Assembly (NCBI GenBank): GCA_043732705.1
Contig: JAYTHE010000002.1
Coordinates: forward strand, 127,608-191,607
Direction of reading: 5' to 3'
Length of the DNA stretch: 64,000 bases
From: Candidatus Omnitrophota bacterium
GTDB taxonomy: Bacteria; Omnitrophota; Omnitrophia; Omnitrophales; Aquincolibacteriaceae
The translations under genes and the position numbers were made by a program. Below are positions 48,546-58,581 of this stretch, piece by piece (position 1 is the first letter of the stretch; each line of letters starts with the position of its first letter). The notes beneath the pieces were generated by a model. The model was not told where the DNA came from. It ran no database searches and was given only the letters and a program-made list of their open reading frames with translations.

Positions 48546-48620
48546 AAAGGTCATGATTCCCCGGGTAATGCCGATCTCCTTATTAGGGTAGATTGGGTTC
48601 ATTAACCAGGGGAGGTAAGC

Positions 48621-48842
48621 ATGACCGGACAAACTTGTATGTTATGCAGGATTTTCGGAGTGGTTGCGATCATAGGGTTACTGAATTTGGGAATTGAAGG
48701 TGTTATGCGGGTTAATTATTTGGAACGCTTTTTGGGAGAGGCGTCCACAATCACACGTATTGTTTACGTTGTGATGGGCTTGGCGGGGTTGGCAGGTTTG
48801 GTGAAAATGTTCACCACATGCCCCGGTTGCTGCAAGAAATAA
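48621..48842 (+). CDS. DUF378 family small membrane protein
   Basis: IIGLLNLG, RIVYVVMGLAG; GGAGG RBS. Confidence 0.8.
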   Translation: MTGQTCMLCRIFGVVAIIGLLNLGIEGVMRVNYLERFLGEASTITRIVYVVMGLAGLAGLVKMFTTCPGCCKK

Positions 48843-48851
48843 GACGAATAA

Positions 48852-48884
48852 AAAAAGACAGGCTGGTTTTTAGCCTGTCTTTTT
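48852..48884 (+). terminator. intrinsic (bidirectional-type) terminator
   Basis: AAAAAGACAGGCT/AGCCTGTCTTTTT. Confidence 0.8.
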
Positions 48885-48906
48885 ATTTTGAGACGAAAAG
48901 GAAATT

Positions 48907-49329
48907 ATGAATAGCTGGAAAATGTACGCGCTTCTCTCGGCATTTTTTGCCGGATTGACTGCCGTCCTCGCGAAAATCGGCGTCAAAGATATTCCTTCCA
49001 ACTTTGCGACTCTTATCCGTACTTTCATCATTATTATTTTTTTAGGAATGCTCGTAATGTTCCGCAATGAGTGGGTGAACCCCTTTGCTTTAAATCGTAA
49101 AAGCCTCATCTTTCTTTTACTTTCGGGTATTGCCACAGGCCTTTCTTGGCTTTGTTACTTTCGGGCCTTGCAGGAGGGTCCGGCCTCAATCGTCGCGCCA
49201 CTTGATAAAATGAGTTTGATTTTTGCAGTTGTCTTATCGGTGCTTTTCCTCGGAGAGCGGTTGAGTTTGCTGCAATGGACGGGCGCCTTGCTGATGGCGT
49301 GCGGCGCGGCACTGATTGCTTTTAAATAG
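48907..49329 (+). CDS. EamA family transporter
   Basis: AVLAKIG, ATGLSWLCYFRALQ, APLDK. Confidence 0.9.
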   Translation: MNSWKMYALLSAFFAGLTAVLAKIGVKDIPSNFATLIRTFIIIIFLGMLVMFRNEWVNPFALNRKSLIFLLLSGIATGLSWLCYFRALQEGPASIVAPLDKMSLIFAVVLSVLFLGERLSLLQWTGALLMACGAALIAFK

Positions 49330-49391
49330 AAGGAATTGAAATACATCCGCCGCGATATATAAATCAAAACTGAATGGTAGTAAAATAGGGC

Positions 49392-49859
49392 ATGCCATTC
49401 ACACCTTATCACTTTGGCCCCGGGGCTTTGATCAAGTCGGTATTCCCCAAATACTTCAGCTTGGTCGCTTTTGTTTTTGTTCAGATCATTATCGATTGCG
49501 AAACGCTTTATCATCTTTTAAAGCATGAACAGCCGCTGCATCAACTTTTGCATACTTATCTCGGCAGTAATCTCGCGGTAATCGCCGCGGTTTTTATTTA
49601 CCGTCCGCTGCATAATTTTTTTATCGGTGAGCTTACTTTAGAAACGACGATTGTTTCCGCCGCTATCGGGGCTTACAGCCATGTTTTTCTGGACAGCATT
49701 ATGCATGTAGATATGAAGCCGCTTGCGCCTTGGACCCATGCCAATACGATGTGGCATATCATTGATGTCAGCCATTTACATTTACTGTGTGTTTATTGCG
49801 GTTTTACCGGTTTGGCAATTCTGCTTCTGAGGCAAATTCTTTCGAAAATGAAGGCGTGA
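49392..49859 (+). CDS. membrane metal-dependent hydrolase-like protein
   Basis: MPFTPYH, LH..LHT, SHVFLDSIMH. Confidence 0.75.
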   Translation: MPFTPYHFGPGALIKSVFPKYFSLVAFVFVQIIIDCETLYHLLKHEQPLHQLLHTYLGSNLAVIAAVFIYRPLHNFFIGELTLETTIVSAAIGAYSHVFLDSIMHVDMKPLAPWTHANTMWHIIDVSHLHLLCVYCGFTGLAILLLRQILSKMKA

Positions 49860-49944
49860 TCCAGCTGAGGTTTGTTCAAGATATCCGTATAAACGCCGAA
49901 ACATATGAGTGGTTCAAAGCATCGCGTAACAAAGCAGGTTGAAT

Positions 49945-50322
49945 GTGGAAAAGCCAAGAAAAAAGGTGCTCGTAATTGACGATGAGGCCGAAATTCTCGA
50001 ATCCATACGCGAGAGTTTTGAGGCGGAAGGATATGAAGCTTGCACGGCAATTGACGGAGCTTCAGGTTTTGCGCTCGCGCAAAAATTTAAACCGGATATG
50101 ATTTTTCTCGACATCAGTATGCCACGTATGAACGGCTTTCAATTTTTGGATAAAATGGGCGCGGACCCTGAGATCAGCAAAACCCCGGTGGTGATGATTT
50201 CAGGCTACGGTGACGCCGATAATATTTTTAAAGCTCAGGCATCACGTTATGTTCGTGATTTTGTGATCAAGCCTTTTCAGGTGATTGACTTGATTGACCT
50301 GATGCGTCGGCACGGCAAGTAG
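49945..50322 (+). CDS. single-domain response regulator
   Basis: VIDDE, LDISMP, KPF. Confidence 0.9.
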   Translation: MEKPRKKVLVIDDEAEILESIRESFEAEGYEACTAIDGASGFALAQKFKPDMIFLDISMPRMNGFQFLDKMGADPEISKTPVVMISGYGDADNIFKAQASRYVRDFVIKPFQVIDLIDLMRRHGK

Positions 50323-50347
50323 CTCTAAGTTTTAAAACAGGTTTGAT

Positions 50348-50809
50348 GTGAAGTTTTTAAAATGGCTTTTTTTTGCGGGGCTTTTTTTTGCGATTTTACT
50401 TCCATTGATTAACTGGATGGTTGATAAGTCTGTGGTGCTAGCTCCGGAAACACTAAAGGGTAAAACGCCTCTTTTTCAAAAAACCGCGCCTGTGATTCAG
50501 GAGAGTTGCTTAAATTGCCACTCAGCGCACACTCAATTGCCTTGGTACGCATCTTTGCCGCCGGCGAAACAAATTATTCAGAACAATATCAAAGAAGCCC
50601 GCAAAGAAGTAGATTTAGAAAAGGAACTTTTTACACCGAACCACGCGCCTTCAAAAAAGACTTTGGTCAAAATGAAGTCGGAAATCAGAGAAGACGCGAT
50701 GCCGCCAATTGAATATAAAGCTTTGCATTGGAAATCATTCTTATCCGCGAAAGAAAAGCAGGCTATTTTAGATTGGATTGCTGAGCAGCAGTCGGTCGCT
50801 GCAAAATAA
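50348..50809 (+). CDS. haem-binding domain monoheme cytochrome
   Basis: CLNCHS..LPWY, MPP..Y..LH. Confidence 0.85.
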   Translation: MKFLKWLFFAGLFFAILLPLINWMVDKSVVLAPETLKGKTPLFQKTAPVIQESCLNCHSAHTQLPWYASLPPAKQIIQNNIKEARKEVDLEKELFTPNHAPSKKTLVKMKSEIREDAMPPIEYKALHWKSFLSAKEKQAILDWIAEQQSVAAK

Positions 50810-50812
50810 AAC

Positions 50813-51034
50813 TTAAAGATTCTGCGCGTATTTTTCCGGATCTTTCTTAAAACGTTTCACGCAAGAACGACAGCAAAAATAAACTTCCTGATTATTCCAG
50901 GTTGTGTGAAATTTTTTCTTGATTGTCTCATCCTTCATAATAGGGCACAGAGAGTTTGATGGCTTGCCTTGAGCAAGCCCTGAGCCCGCGAATGCTGCTG
51001 ATAAAATAAAAATGAATAGAATTTTTTGAAACAT
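50813..51034 (-). CDS. secreted YHS domain protein
   Basis: CPIM, YFCCRSC..F..DPEKY. Confidence 0.85.
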   Translation of the reverse strand: MFQKILFIFILSAAFAGSGLAQGKPSNSLCPIMKDETIKKKFHTTWNNQEVYFCCRSCVKRFKKDPEKYAQNL

Positions 51035-51038
51035 TTTA

Positions 51039-51824
51039 TTATCCGATTGGAACCCCAATAATGACCCGAGATTCTATATCATTTGCTGCGCGATTGACCC
51101 CAAAAAGCACGCTTCCCGTTGCCCAGAAATATTGACTTGCCCATGAGATTGTAGGGCCAGCAGCAATTTCATTGTGATGGCCTTCGGGATTCCAGTATTG
51201 CCCTTTGGTTTCAACTCCGACATGAAGATCATCTAAGACGGCATAATTAGCACCGAAAGCGAACGCATGCTCTGTGCGGCCACCGCGATTTGCGACGGAT
51301 TCCATGATTTGGTTGTACACAAAATTAAATCGGCCCAAGTCTTTTGAGAGCACAATCTTTTCTTCGAGTGTGACGGGCGCATGTTCTTCGCGTGGGTCAT
51401 GTGCGATTTCTAAATAAACTAAGGGGTCAAGCCAGTATTTGCCTTTTTCGCCAAAGCGATATTTGTTTTCAAACTTAAATCCTGAATATTTTGTAACGTC
51501 TTTCACCGGACGTCCGTCATCATCATAGCCGGCATGGTTCTCGGTTTGCCATGATTCATAATGGGCGAGCGTCCAGTGATCGGTAACGCCCCATTCGATT
51601 TCAGTTTGATATTCGAATGAGTTTTCATTGGACGTATTTTTGTGAGGAACTTTGGAAGTTGTATGCTGCTCAATCTCAAATTGGTTTTTGGGTATTGTTC
51701 GGTATTCCGTGGTGAAAGCGTACTGGCGCTCATGCGTGTAGCCATTGACAGGCGCTAGCATGCATGCGATTAACAGGCCTGTTGCGGTCATTTTAGTTTT
51801 TGGACAGAACTCATTTTTAGACAT
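51039..51824 (-). CDS. putative outer-membrane beta-barrel protein
   Basis: Signal-like N-terminus, EIEWGVTDHW, alternating beta-strand pattern. Confidence 0.65.
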   Translation of the reverse strand: MSKNEFCPKTKMTATGLLIACMLAPVNGYTHERQYAFTTEYRTIPKNQFEIEQHTTSKVPHKNTSNENSFEYQTEIEWGVTDHWTLAHYESWQTENHAGYDDDGRPVKDVTKYSGFKFENKYRFGEKGKYWLDPLVYLEIAHDPREEHAPVTLEEKIVLSKDLGRFNFVYNQIMESVANRGGRTEHAFAFGANYAVLDDLHVGVETKGQYWNPEGHHNEIAAGPTISWASQYFWATGSVLFGVNRAANDIESRVIIGVPIG

Positions 51825-51917
51825 AAAATAGTCATCCTAAATCAGATAGTTTCGTATTAAGATTAATTCTTAACAGGATTATATCCAATAATTTATGGTC
51901 GTCAACTTTTTTATAAT

Positions 51918-52589
51918 ATGAAAAAAAATCTTCTGTTTGCGGCACTCTTTATTTTTTCCGGTTCTTTGTGCTATGCCGACCCGATTTGGGTTAAGCCCGA
52001 CGCCAGTAAAAGCGATTTCGCTCACGATCAGGACGTGTGCATTCGCCGGGCACAGCCGGCCAAATCAAATTCTTTTGGTCCGAAAAGCGCAGATCCCATT
52101 TTATTTTCGGATTGCATGCATCAAAGCGGATGGCATTTGCAAGATGAAAGCAGGGCAACGCAACCGGCTCCCGGACCCATGCAAAAAACTCTGGAAAGCT
52201 TACGGCAGGAAAAAGAAAAGCGTTGCACGAGTGATGAGTTTAGACCTTTCTTTTCCAAAACAGCCTGTGATCCGCAAGATATAACACCTGGACAAATGGC
52301 AGATAAAACAACCATTACAGCCGAAGAAAAAAAGGTGCTTTTGAAATTAAAAAAAGAAATGCAAAAGTCCCAGGACAAAGCCACCACCGCTTATAGAGAA
52401 TATGGTGAGGAGCAGGGTGATAAAATCGCGCGTCTCTTGGAAAGCTGGCAAGTTTTTAGTGATAAAAATGTCTCGGACCTTCTCCAGAAGAAACAAAGCT
52501 GGGGGAATTATAACCGCTACAGAAAAGACCTTTATTCCCAGCTCAATGCTGAATTGCAGAAGATAAGCCGCCCTCATTCCGATGCTTAA
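51918..52589 (+). CDS. hypothetical secreted protein
   Basis: Signal peptide; W.KP..D...C..CM..GW small domain. Confidence 0.7.
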   Translation: MKKNLLFAALFIFSGSLCYADPIWVKPDASKSDFAHDQDVCIRRAQPAKSNSFGPKSADPILFSDCMHQSGWHLQDESRATQPAPGPMQKTLESLRQEKEKRCTSDEFRPFFSKTACDPQDITPGQMADKTTITAEEKKVLLKLKKEMQKSQDKATTAYREYGEEQGDKIARLLESWQVFSDKNVSDLLQKKQSWGNYNRYRKDLYSQLNAELQKISRPHSDA

Positions 52590-52668
52590 GCGTTAGATTG
52601 TTGTAAGTTAAAATTTAAGTTATGATTTCCACCAAGCAATTCTTAAAAAATAGACAGAGGAGGTTTTG

Positions 52669-53433
52669 ATGAATGTTTTTTGGCCGGATGTGGATGATTC
52701 CAAAAGTGCGCATAAAGCTTGCGGTACAGCCGCGGGCATGGCTTTTTTTGTTGCGATTGTCACAGGCGTTGTATCGTGGCTGCAAGCCAACCACAAAATC
52801 AATCTTTTCCCCGGAATTGACAAGACAGCTTATGTTGATGTCGCTCTTTTTATTTTGATAGGTGTTGGTTTATGTTTCAACTCGCGCATCGCGGCTGTTG
52901 CCGGGCTTTTGCTTTACATCGGTGAACGTATTTTTATGATTAAAATGACCGGCTTTCATGCCAGCATGGGAGTATCGGTTGTTATCTTTGGCCTTGCTTT
53001 TGTAAACGGAGTTCGCGGCGCATTTGCTTGGCATGAGCAAAAAAGACTGGCAAAGGGAGAGGTTGCGCTCGAGATTAAAGAAGAAACGACTACGGATAAA
53101 CCCAAAAAAATTTTTCCATGGAGAACTCTTTTCCTTCTGATCGTACTGCTTGCCGCTGGCGCGGCGGCGTATTTTTTTCTGATTCATAAAGGGTCGGTGC
53201 CGACGATGACGTCACTTAAGCAGCACACTCAAACGCTTTCAAATAAAATCATACCCAGAAAATCCGCGGAAGTGCTTGTTGCGCCTAAAGGACCGGCAAT
53301 TAAGCTGAAATTAAAAAGCGGCCGGACTTTTGAAGGTGTTTTGGCCAGAAAAAGCAGCGAAGGTTATTGGGTTTTTATTATAGGCGCAGGAGAAGTTTTT
53401 TTTAGCGTGAATGAAGTTGCTGAAGTTTCGTAA
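52669..53433 (+). CDS. hypothetical membrane protein
   Basis: GAGGAGG RBS; about five TM helices. Confidence 0.75.
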   Translation: MNVFWPDVDDSKSAHKACGTAAGMAFFVAIVTGVVSWLQANHKINLFPGIDKTAYVDVALFILIGVGLCFNSRIAAVAGLLLYIGERIFMIKMTGFHASMGVSVVIFGLAFVNGVRGAFAWHEQKRLAKGEVALEIKEETTTDKPKKIFPWRTLFLLIVLLAAGAAAYFFLIHKGSVPTMTSLKQHTQTLSNKIIPRKSAEVLVAPKGPAIKLKLKSGRTFEGVLARKSSEGYWVFIIGAGEVFFSVNEVAEVS

Positions 53434-53471
53434 TCGACCCTCAAGAGAGCCAACCAAGAAATTTTTTAAAT

Positions 53472-53936
53472 ATGAAAAAGTATCCGCATTTGGAAGTTCG
53501 AATTTCAAAGATCCACCAGCGCGGTGTTTTTGCCGCGCGAGATATTGGAAAAGGTATGAGGGTTATTGAATATACAGGCAGAAGATTGACGGCGGCGCGG
53601 GCTGAAAGCAGCAAGTCGGATTATCTTTTTCAGCTTAATTTCAAAACTTTTATCGACGGGAAAAATACCGCGCGGTATATCAATCATTCGTGCGCCCCGA
53701 ACTGTGAAGTGAATATTGTGAGCGGGCAAATTTGGATTTCAGCGACGCGTGCCATTAGAAAAGGCGAAGAGCTCGTTTATAGTTATAGCTATGATCTCGA
53801 AGAATCAAAAGATTATCCCTGTGTTTGCGGGGCCAGAAAATGCGCAGGTTATATTTTAGACCAATATTATTGGCCGGCTTTGGAAAAGTTAAAAAAGAAA
53901 CAAGCTGCCGGCCGCGGGAAAACACTTAAGCGGTAA
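53472..53936 (+). CDS. SET domain lysine methyltransferase with post-SET motif
   Basis: GVFA, RYINHSCAPN, GEEL..Y, CVCGARKC. Confidence 0.92.
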   Translation: MKKYPHLEVRISKIHQRGVFAARDIGKGMRVIEYTGRRLTAARAESSKSDYLFQLNFKTFIDGKNTARYINHSCAPNCEVNIVSGQIWISATRAIRKGEELVYSYSYDLEESKDYPCVCGARKCAGYILDQYYWPALEKLKKKQAAGRGKTLKR

Positions 53937-53941
53937 ACGCG

Positions 53942-54271
53942 TCAGATTTTGATTGATTTATTATCGATAAACTTCAGAACGTTTTTTAAAAGCCCCGGAA
54001 ACTTTTCATTTATTTCAGCGAAGCGTACGACATTCCTATTTTCAACTCCGCGTTTGCTTGTTCGGATTAATCCTGCTTCCCGTAGAATGCGGAAATGATG
54101 CGAAAGGGTGGATTTTGCGATGCTGGGACAAGGGGAGGCTTCCGAGCAGGACATGCATCCGTCCTTATTCATCAGACTTTTAAAAATTTTCAAGCGTAAG
54201 GGATCGCCGAGAGCATTTAGGATGCCCGCCAGATTAATATCCTCTTTTGCCGGATGAACAAATTGTGTCAT
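53942..54271 (-). CDS. ArsR/SmtB family regulator
   Basis: ALGDPLRL, KSTLSHHFRILREAGLI. Confidence 0.9.
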   Translation of the reverse strand: MTQFVHPAKEDINLAGILNALGDPLRLKIFKSLMNKDGCMSCSEASPCPSIAKSTLSHHFRILREAGLIRTSKRGVENRNVVRFAEINEKFPGLLKNVLKFIDNKSIKI

Positions 54272-54305
54272 TGCTATTTTCCTCAAACAAACTATATCAG
54301 AAAAG

Positions 54306-54348
54306 TTGACAAGGTTCAATAGTTCAAATATTATGAATAATAGAACTA
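54306..54348 (+). promoter_or_regulatory. sigma70 promoter overlapped by inverted-repeat operator
   Basis: TTGACA-17 nt-TATTAT; IR TAGTTCAAATATT-ATG-AATAATAGAACTA (11/13 match). Confidence 0.75.
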
Positions 54349-54377
54349 ATGATCAACGTAAGCAAAGGAGGAAATGC

Positions 54378-55130
54378 ATGAGTAAGAAATTAGAAGGCAA
54401 GGTCGCAGTAGTAACGGGCGCGTCAAAAGGAATCGGGGCGGATATTGCTAGGCATTTGGCGGCTGAAGGAGCGAAGGTGGTTGTGAACTATTCTTCCAGT
54501 AAGGCGGGTGCCGATAAAGTTGTGGCCGAAATTGTGAAAGCGGGCGGGAAAGCGGTTGCGGTGGGAGCCAATTTATCCAAACAGGCGGAAATCAAAAATC
54601 TTTTCGCGGCGGCAAAAAAAGAATTCGGCCGGCTGGATATTTTGGTCAATAATGCCGGAATTTATGAGTTTGCACCGCTTGAGAATGTAACCGAGGAACA
54701 TTTTCACAAGCAGTTTAATACCAATGTGCTTGGGCTTATTTTAAGTACGCAAGAAGCCGTTAAATTATTCGGCGCGGAAGGCGGAAGCATTGTTAATATC
54801 AGTTCAGTTGTCAGCACGAAAGGTGTTCCGAATGGTTCTGTTTACAGCGCCACAAAAGGAGCGGTGGATGCTTTGACAAGGTCTCTCGCACAGGAATTAG
54901 GCGTGCGCAAGATTCGTGTGAATGCCATTAGGCCCGGAATGGTTGAAACCGAAGGAACTCATTCGGCGGGGATTGCAGAAAGCGATATGCGCAAGAACAC
55001 AGAGGCAACGACGCCTCTCGGTAGAATCGGCCAGCCCCAAGATATTGCGCCCGCGGCGGTTTTTTTGGCTTCGTCGGACTCTTCCTGGATTACCGGAGAA
55101 ACATTGCTCATTTCGGGCGGCTGGTATTGA
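54378..55130 (+). CDS. short-chain dehydrogenase/reductase
   Basis: TGASKGIG, NNAG, YSATK. Confidence 0.93.
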   Translation: MSKKLEGKVAVVTGASKGIGADIARHLAAEGAKVVVNYSSSKAGADKVVAEIVKAGGKAVAVGANLSKQAEIKNLFAAAKKEFGRLDILVNNAGIYEFAPLENVTEEHFHKQFNTNVLGLILSTQEAVKLFGAEGGSIVNISSVVSTKGVPNGSVYSATKGAVDALTRSLAQELGVRKIRVNAIRPGMVETEGTHSAGIAESDMRKNTEATTPLGRIGQPQDIAPAAVFLASSDSSWITGETLLISGGWY

Positions 55131-55186
55131 TTTTAGATTTTAAGGTAAAATAGAAATAAAAATTTTTGACAACAAAGGAAAAGAAA

Positions 55187-55606
55187 ATGAAAATGATTAC
55201 AACAGGTTCGCGCTTGCTTTTGGGATTGATTTACTTTGTGTTTGGGTTGAATGGATTTTTTCATTTTCTGAAAATGACTCCGCCGCCTATGTCTGAAAAC
55301 GCCATGGCTTTTGTGGGCGGATTGATGAAGAGCGGTTATTTCATGCCGTTTCTCAGCGGAACTCAGGTCTTGGGTGGTTTTCTTCTTTTAACCGGGTTTG
55401 CCGCGCCGCTGGCATTGGTTATTCTTGCGCCGATGACGCTTAACATTGTGTTGTTTCATGTTTTTCTAACTCCGGGATTGCAAAATTTAGGACTCCCGGC
55501 CGTAATGCTCGCTTTGCACCTTGTGGCCGCAGCGGCTTATTGGAAAATTTACTGCCCGCTTTTTTCGAATTGCTGCTCAGGCAAAAAAGAGTGCGCAAAA
55601 AGTTGA
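55187..55606 (+). CDS. DoxX-like membrane protein
   Basis: RLLLG..FGLNGF, LAP...NI..FH. Confidence 0.8.
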   Translation: MKMITTGSRLLLGLIYFVFGLNGFFHFLKMTPPPMSENAMAFVGGLMKSGYFMPFLSGTQVLGGFLLLTGFAAPLALVILAPMTLNIVLFHVFLTPGLQNLGLPAVMLALHLVAAAAYWKIYCPLFSNCCSGKKECAKS

Positions 55607-55656
55607 TTGTCTGCGTTAAGAAAGCGGAAATCGGGAGAAAGAGTTAAAATTACTTT

Positions 55657-56139
55657 ATGGCTGAATCATTCAAATCGAAATGGATGCGCTGGAAGTTTAG
55701 TTTTTTTCCCGCTTACCGGGCAAGCGGGGCAAGGCTGACTTATATTTCTTCCGACTTTCTTGAAATGCATATGAAGCTGCCGTTGATGCGCACAACGCGC
55801 AATTATGTCGGCACCATGTTTGGCGGCAGTATGTATGCCTCAGTTGATCCGATTTATATGATTATTTTGATCAATGCTCTTGGGCCGGAATATGTGGTTT
55901 GGGATAAAGCCGCGACGATTCGGTTTAAAAAACCGGGCAAGGATACGCTTTACGCGCGTTTTGTGATTGATCCGGCTGAACTCGAGGTGATTAAATCCGA
56001 ACTTAAGTCAAAACATTCCGTCGATCGGATTTATAATGTGGACTTGGTTGATCAGGCAGGCGTTGTGCATGCTTCGGTTGAAAAGGTACTTTATATCCGC
56101 CGGAAAGATCACGGAAATCTTCCTAGGCCGCAACGTTAA
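55657..56139 (+). CDS. DUF4442 hot-dog fold protein
   Basis: [24 protein letters not shown]. Confidence 0.85.
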   Translation: MAESFKSKWMRWKFSFFPAYRASGARLTYISSDFLEMHMKLPLMRTTRNYVGTMFGGSMYASVDPIYMIILINALGPEYVVWDKAATIRFKKPGKDTLYARFVIDPAELEVIKSELKSKHSVDRIYNVDLVDQAGVVHASVEKVLYIRRKDHGNLPRPQR

Positions 56140-56150
56140 AAAGAGGTTCT

Positions 56151-57203
56151 ATGATCCCGGTTAAAAGTTACGCCGCAAAAAGCCCCAAATCGAATCTCGC
56201 TCCGTATAATTTTAATCGCCGTGATCCCAAAGATCATGACGTCGTAATTGATATTCATTATTGTGGAATTTGTCATTCCGACATTCATCAGGCGCGCGAT
56301 GAATGGGGCGGCTCCAAGTTTCCGATGGTGCCGGGGCATGAAATTGCCGGCGTTGTAACGCGGGTGGGCAAGAAGGTCAAAAAATTTAAAGCGGGAGACA
56401 GGGTGGGCGTGGGCTGCATGGTAAATTCCTGCCGGACTTGTTCGCCCTGCAAAAATGAGATGCAGCAATTTTGTGAGAACGGCCCCAGCTTCACTTACAA
56501 CAGTACAGAACAAAATAAAAAGACCCCGACGCAGGGCGGCTATTCAACGGGCATTGTCGTCGATGAAAATTTTGTTCTGAATATTCCCAAGAATCTTCCG
56601 CTCGATGCGGCGGCGCCTTTGTTATGCGCGGGCATTACGCTTTATTCGCCGCTCAGACATTGGAATGCGGGTCCCGGAAAAAAAGTAGCCATTATCGGTC
56701 TTGGCGGATTAGGACATATGGGCGTCAAAATCGCGCATGCGCTTGGCGCGGAAGTTACGGTATTGAGCCAATCGCTTAAGAAAAAAGCGGATGGAATGCG
56801 CTTAGGCGCGGACCATTTTTACGCGACGTCCGATCCGAAGACATTCACTAAACTCAAAAAACATTTTGATCTCATTATCAATACGGTTTCGGCGGAAATT
56901 AATTGGAATGATTACATTGAACTTGTCAAAATTGACGGCGCGATGGTTTTAGTCGGAGTGCCTGAAAAGGACATTCCGGTTGGGGCCTTTTCTTTGATCG
57001 GCGGACGCAGAAGTTTGGCGGGTTCTTTGATCGGCGGTATTAAAGAAACGCAGGAAATGTTTAATTTTTGCGGTAAACATAAAATTACAAGTGATATTGA
57101 ATTGATTCCGATTCAAAAAGTGAACGAAGCTTACAAGCGCGTTGTTAAAAGCGATGTACGATACCGCTTCGTCATTGATATGGAATCGCTAAAAAAAAGA
57201 TAA
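56151..57203 (+). CDS. Zn-dependent NAD(P) alcohol dehydrogenase (cinnamyl-ADH type)
   Basis: CGICHSD, GHE, PLLCAG, GLGGLG, YRFVID. Confidence 0.95.
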   Translation: MIPVKSYAAKSPKSNLAPYNFNRRDPKDHDVVIDIHYCGICHSDIHQARDEWGGSKFPMVPGHEIAGVVTRVGKKVKKFKAGDRVGVGCMVNSCRTCSPCKNEMQQFCENGPSFTYNSTEQNKKTPTQGGYSTGIVVDENFVLNIPKNLPLDAAAPLLCAGITLYSPLRHWNAGPGKKVAIIGLGGLGHMGVKIAHALGAEVTVLSQSLKKKADGMRLGADHFYATSDPKTFTKLKKHFDLIINTVSAEINWNDYIELVKIDGAMVLVGVPEKDIPVGAFSLIGGRRSLAGSLIGGIKETQEMFNFCGKHKITSDIELIPIQKVNEAYKRVVKSDVRYRFVIDMESLKKR

Positions 57204-57326
57204 TTTGCGGCGAGCTTCTGCGTTGCCGCGTCGAAAAAATGCTCAACGCACCTTTGGTGTGCGCCCCGCTTTTTTCTTCGCCTACGCCGTGAATCTCTCG
57301 CAACTTATCATTTTTTAAAAGCGATT
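57184..57326 (+). repeat. long imperfect hairpin element (family L, copy 3), overlapping the ADH stop
   Basis: AATCGCT..AAAAAAGATAA.TTGCG / CGCAA.TTATCATTTTTT..AGCGATT; core TGCGTTG..CGCAC..GTGCG..GCCGTGAAT. Confidence 0.8.
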
Positions 57327-57340
57327 TAGAGAGCAGATAT

Positions 57341-57922
57341 ATGAATAAAAACAGGGTAGAGGCTTTCAGTGACGGAGTCTTGGCAGTAATCATCACAATC
57401 ATGGTGTTCGAAATGAAAGCGCCGCATGAACCGACCATCCAGGCTTTGCGTCAGCTTTGGCCTATTTTTTTAAGCTATATCCTCAGTTTTATTTTCATCG
57501 GAATTTATTGGAATAATCACCATCATTTACTGCAAACTGTGCGGGAAGTCAGCGGCCGTATTCTTTGGGCGAATCTTCATCTGCTTTTTTGGCTCTCGCT
57601 GATTCCTTTTGTAACTGCATGGATGGGTGGGAATCATTTCTCCGCGATTCCCGTGGCCTTTTACGGCGTTGTTTTATTTATGGCTGGCGCGGCTTATTTT
57701 AGGTTGAGCCAAGTCTTAATCATGCATCACGGCAAAGATTCCGCTTTGGCGAAAGCTGTGGGCAAAGACGGTAAAGGGAAACTATCGCTTGTGCTTTATG
57801 CAGCCGCAATTGGTTTTGCCTTTTTTTATCCGGGGGTGTCCTGTTTGCTTTACGTGGTTGTAGCGGCGATTTGGCTCGTTCCTGACCGTCGTATTGAAAA
57901 ATTTTTGTCCGAACATGTTTAA
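57341..57922 (+). CDS. TMEM175 family K+ channel
   Basis: RVEAFSDGVLAVIITIM, YWNNHH. Confidence 0.92.
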   Translation: MNKNRVEAFSDGVLAVIITIMVFEMKAPHEPTIQALRQLWPIFLSYILSFIFIGIYWNNHHHLLQTVREVSGRILWANLHLLFWLSLIPFVTAWMGGNHFSAIPVAFYGVVLFMAGAAYFRLSQVLIMHHGKDSALAKAVGKDGKGKLSLVLYAAAIGFAFFYPGVSCLLYVVVAAIWLVPDRRIEKFLSEHV

Positions 57923-58580
57923 TAAAAAACCGTTTCTCGTTTTTGTGCTAGCTGTCTTTTTGGCTGTAAACGGTTTTGCCGCGGAGAGGCCTTTCACGAT
58001 TCTTGCGCTTGGTGATTCGACAACCGCAGGCACGCCCGAATTTCGTTCGCCGGTTGAGGCTCCGCCGAAAGGTGAGGGAAATGAGCAAAGCCAATATGCT
58101 TATTGGATGATGAAAATGCATCCCGAATGGACAGTCTTGAACCGGGGATTAAACGGAGAACGCACGGATCAAATTCTAAAACGTTTTCAGAAATATGCGG
58201 AAACCGAAAAGCCGCAAACGGTAATCGTTCTCGCCGGCGTGAATGATCTTTATCAGGGCTATTCAGAGAAAGAAGTTGAAACAAATCTGGAAAAAATTTA
58301 TATGCTGGCGGTAGATAAAAAAATCCGCGTGGTGGCTTGCACGATTTTGCCTTATAACCGCGCGACATCCGCTGTGATGCTAAAAATGCTGCGAGTCAAT
58401 TTATGGATTCAAGAATTTTCTAAAAAAAATCAATTTCTTTTTTGCGATACTTTCAAGGTTGTGAGTAACCCCGAACACTTTGGAAAACTCAGCGGTTCGC
58501 CGGACGGCCTCCATCCGGATGTGGAAGGATATAAAAAGATGGGCGAGGCGATTACGCAAGTTCTTGTCTCAGGGAGTTGA
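57915..58580 (+). CDS. SGNH/GDSL hydrolase
   Basis: GDSTT, NRG, GVND, DGLHP. Confidence 0.9.
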   Translation: MFNKKPFLVFVLAVFLAVNGFAAERPFTILALGDSTTAGTPEFRSPVEAPPKGEGNEQSQYAYWMMKMHPEWTVLNRGLNGERTDQILKRFQKYAETEKPQTVIVLAGVNDLYQGYSEKEVETNLEKIYMLAVDKKIRVVACTILPYNRATSAVMLKMLRVNLWIQEFSKKNQFLFCDTFKVVSNPEHFGKLSGSPDGLHPDVEGYKKMGEAITQVLVSGS

Positions 58581-58581
58581 T

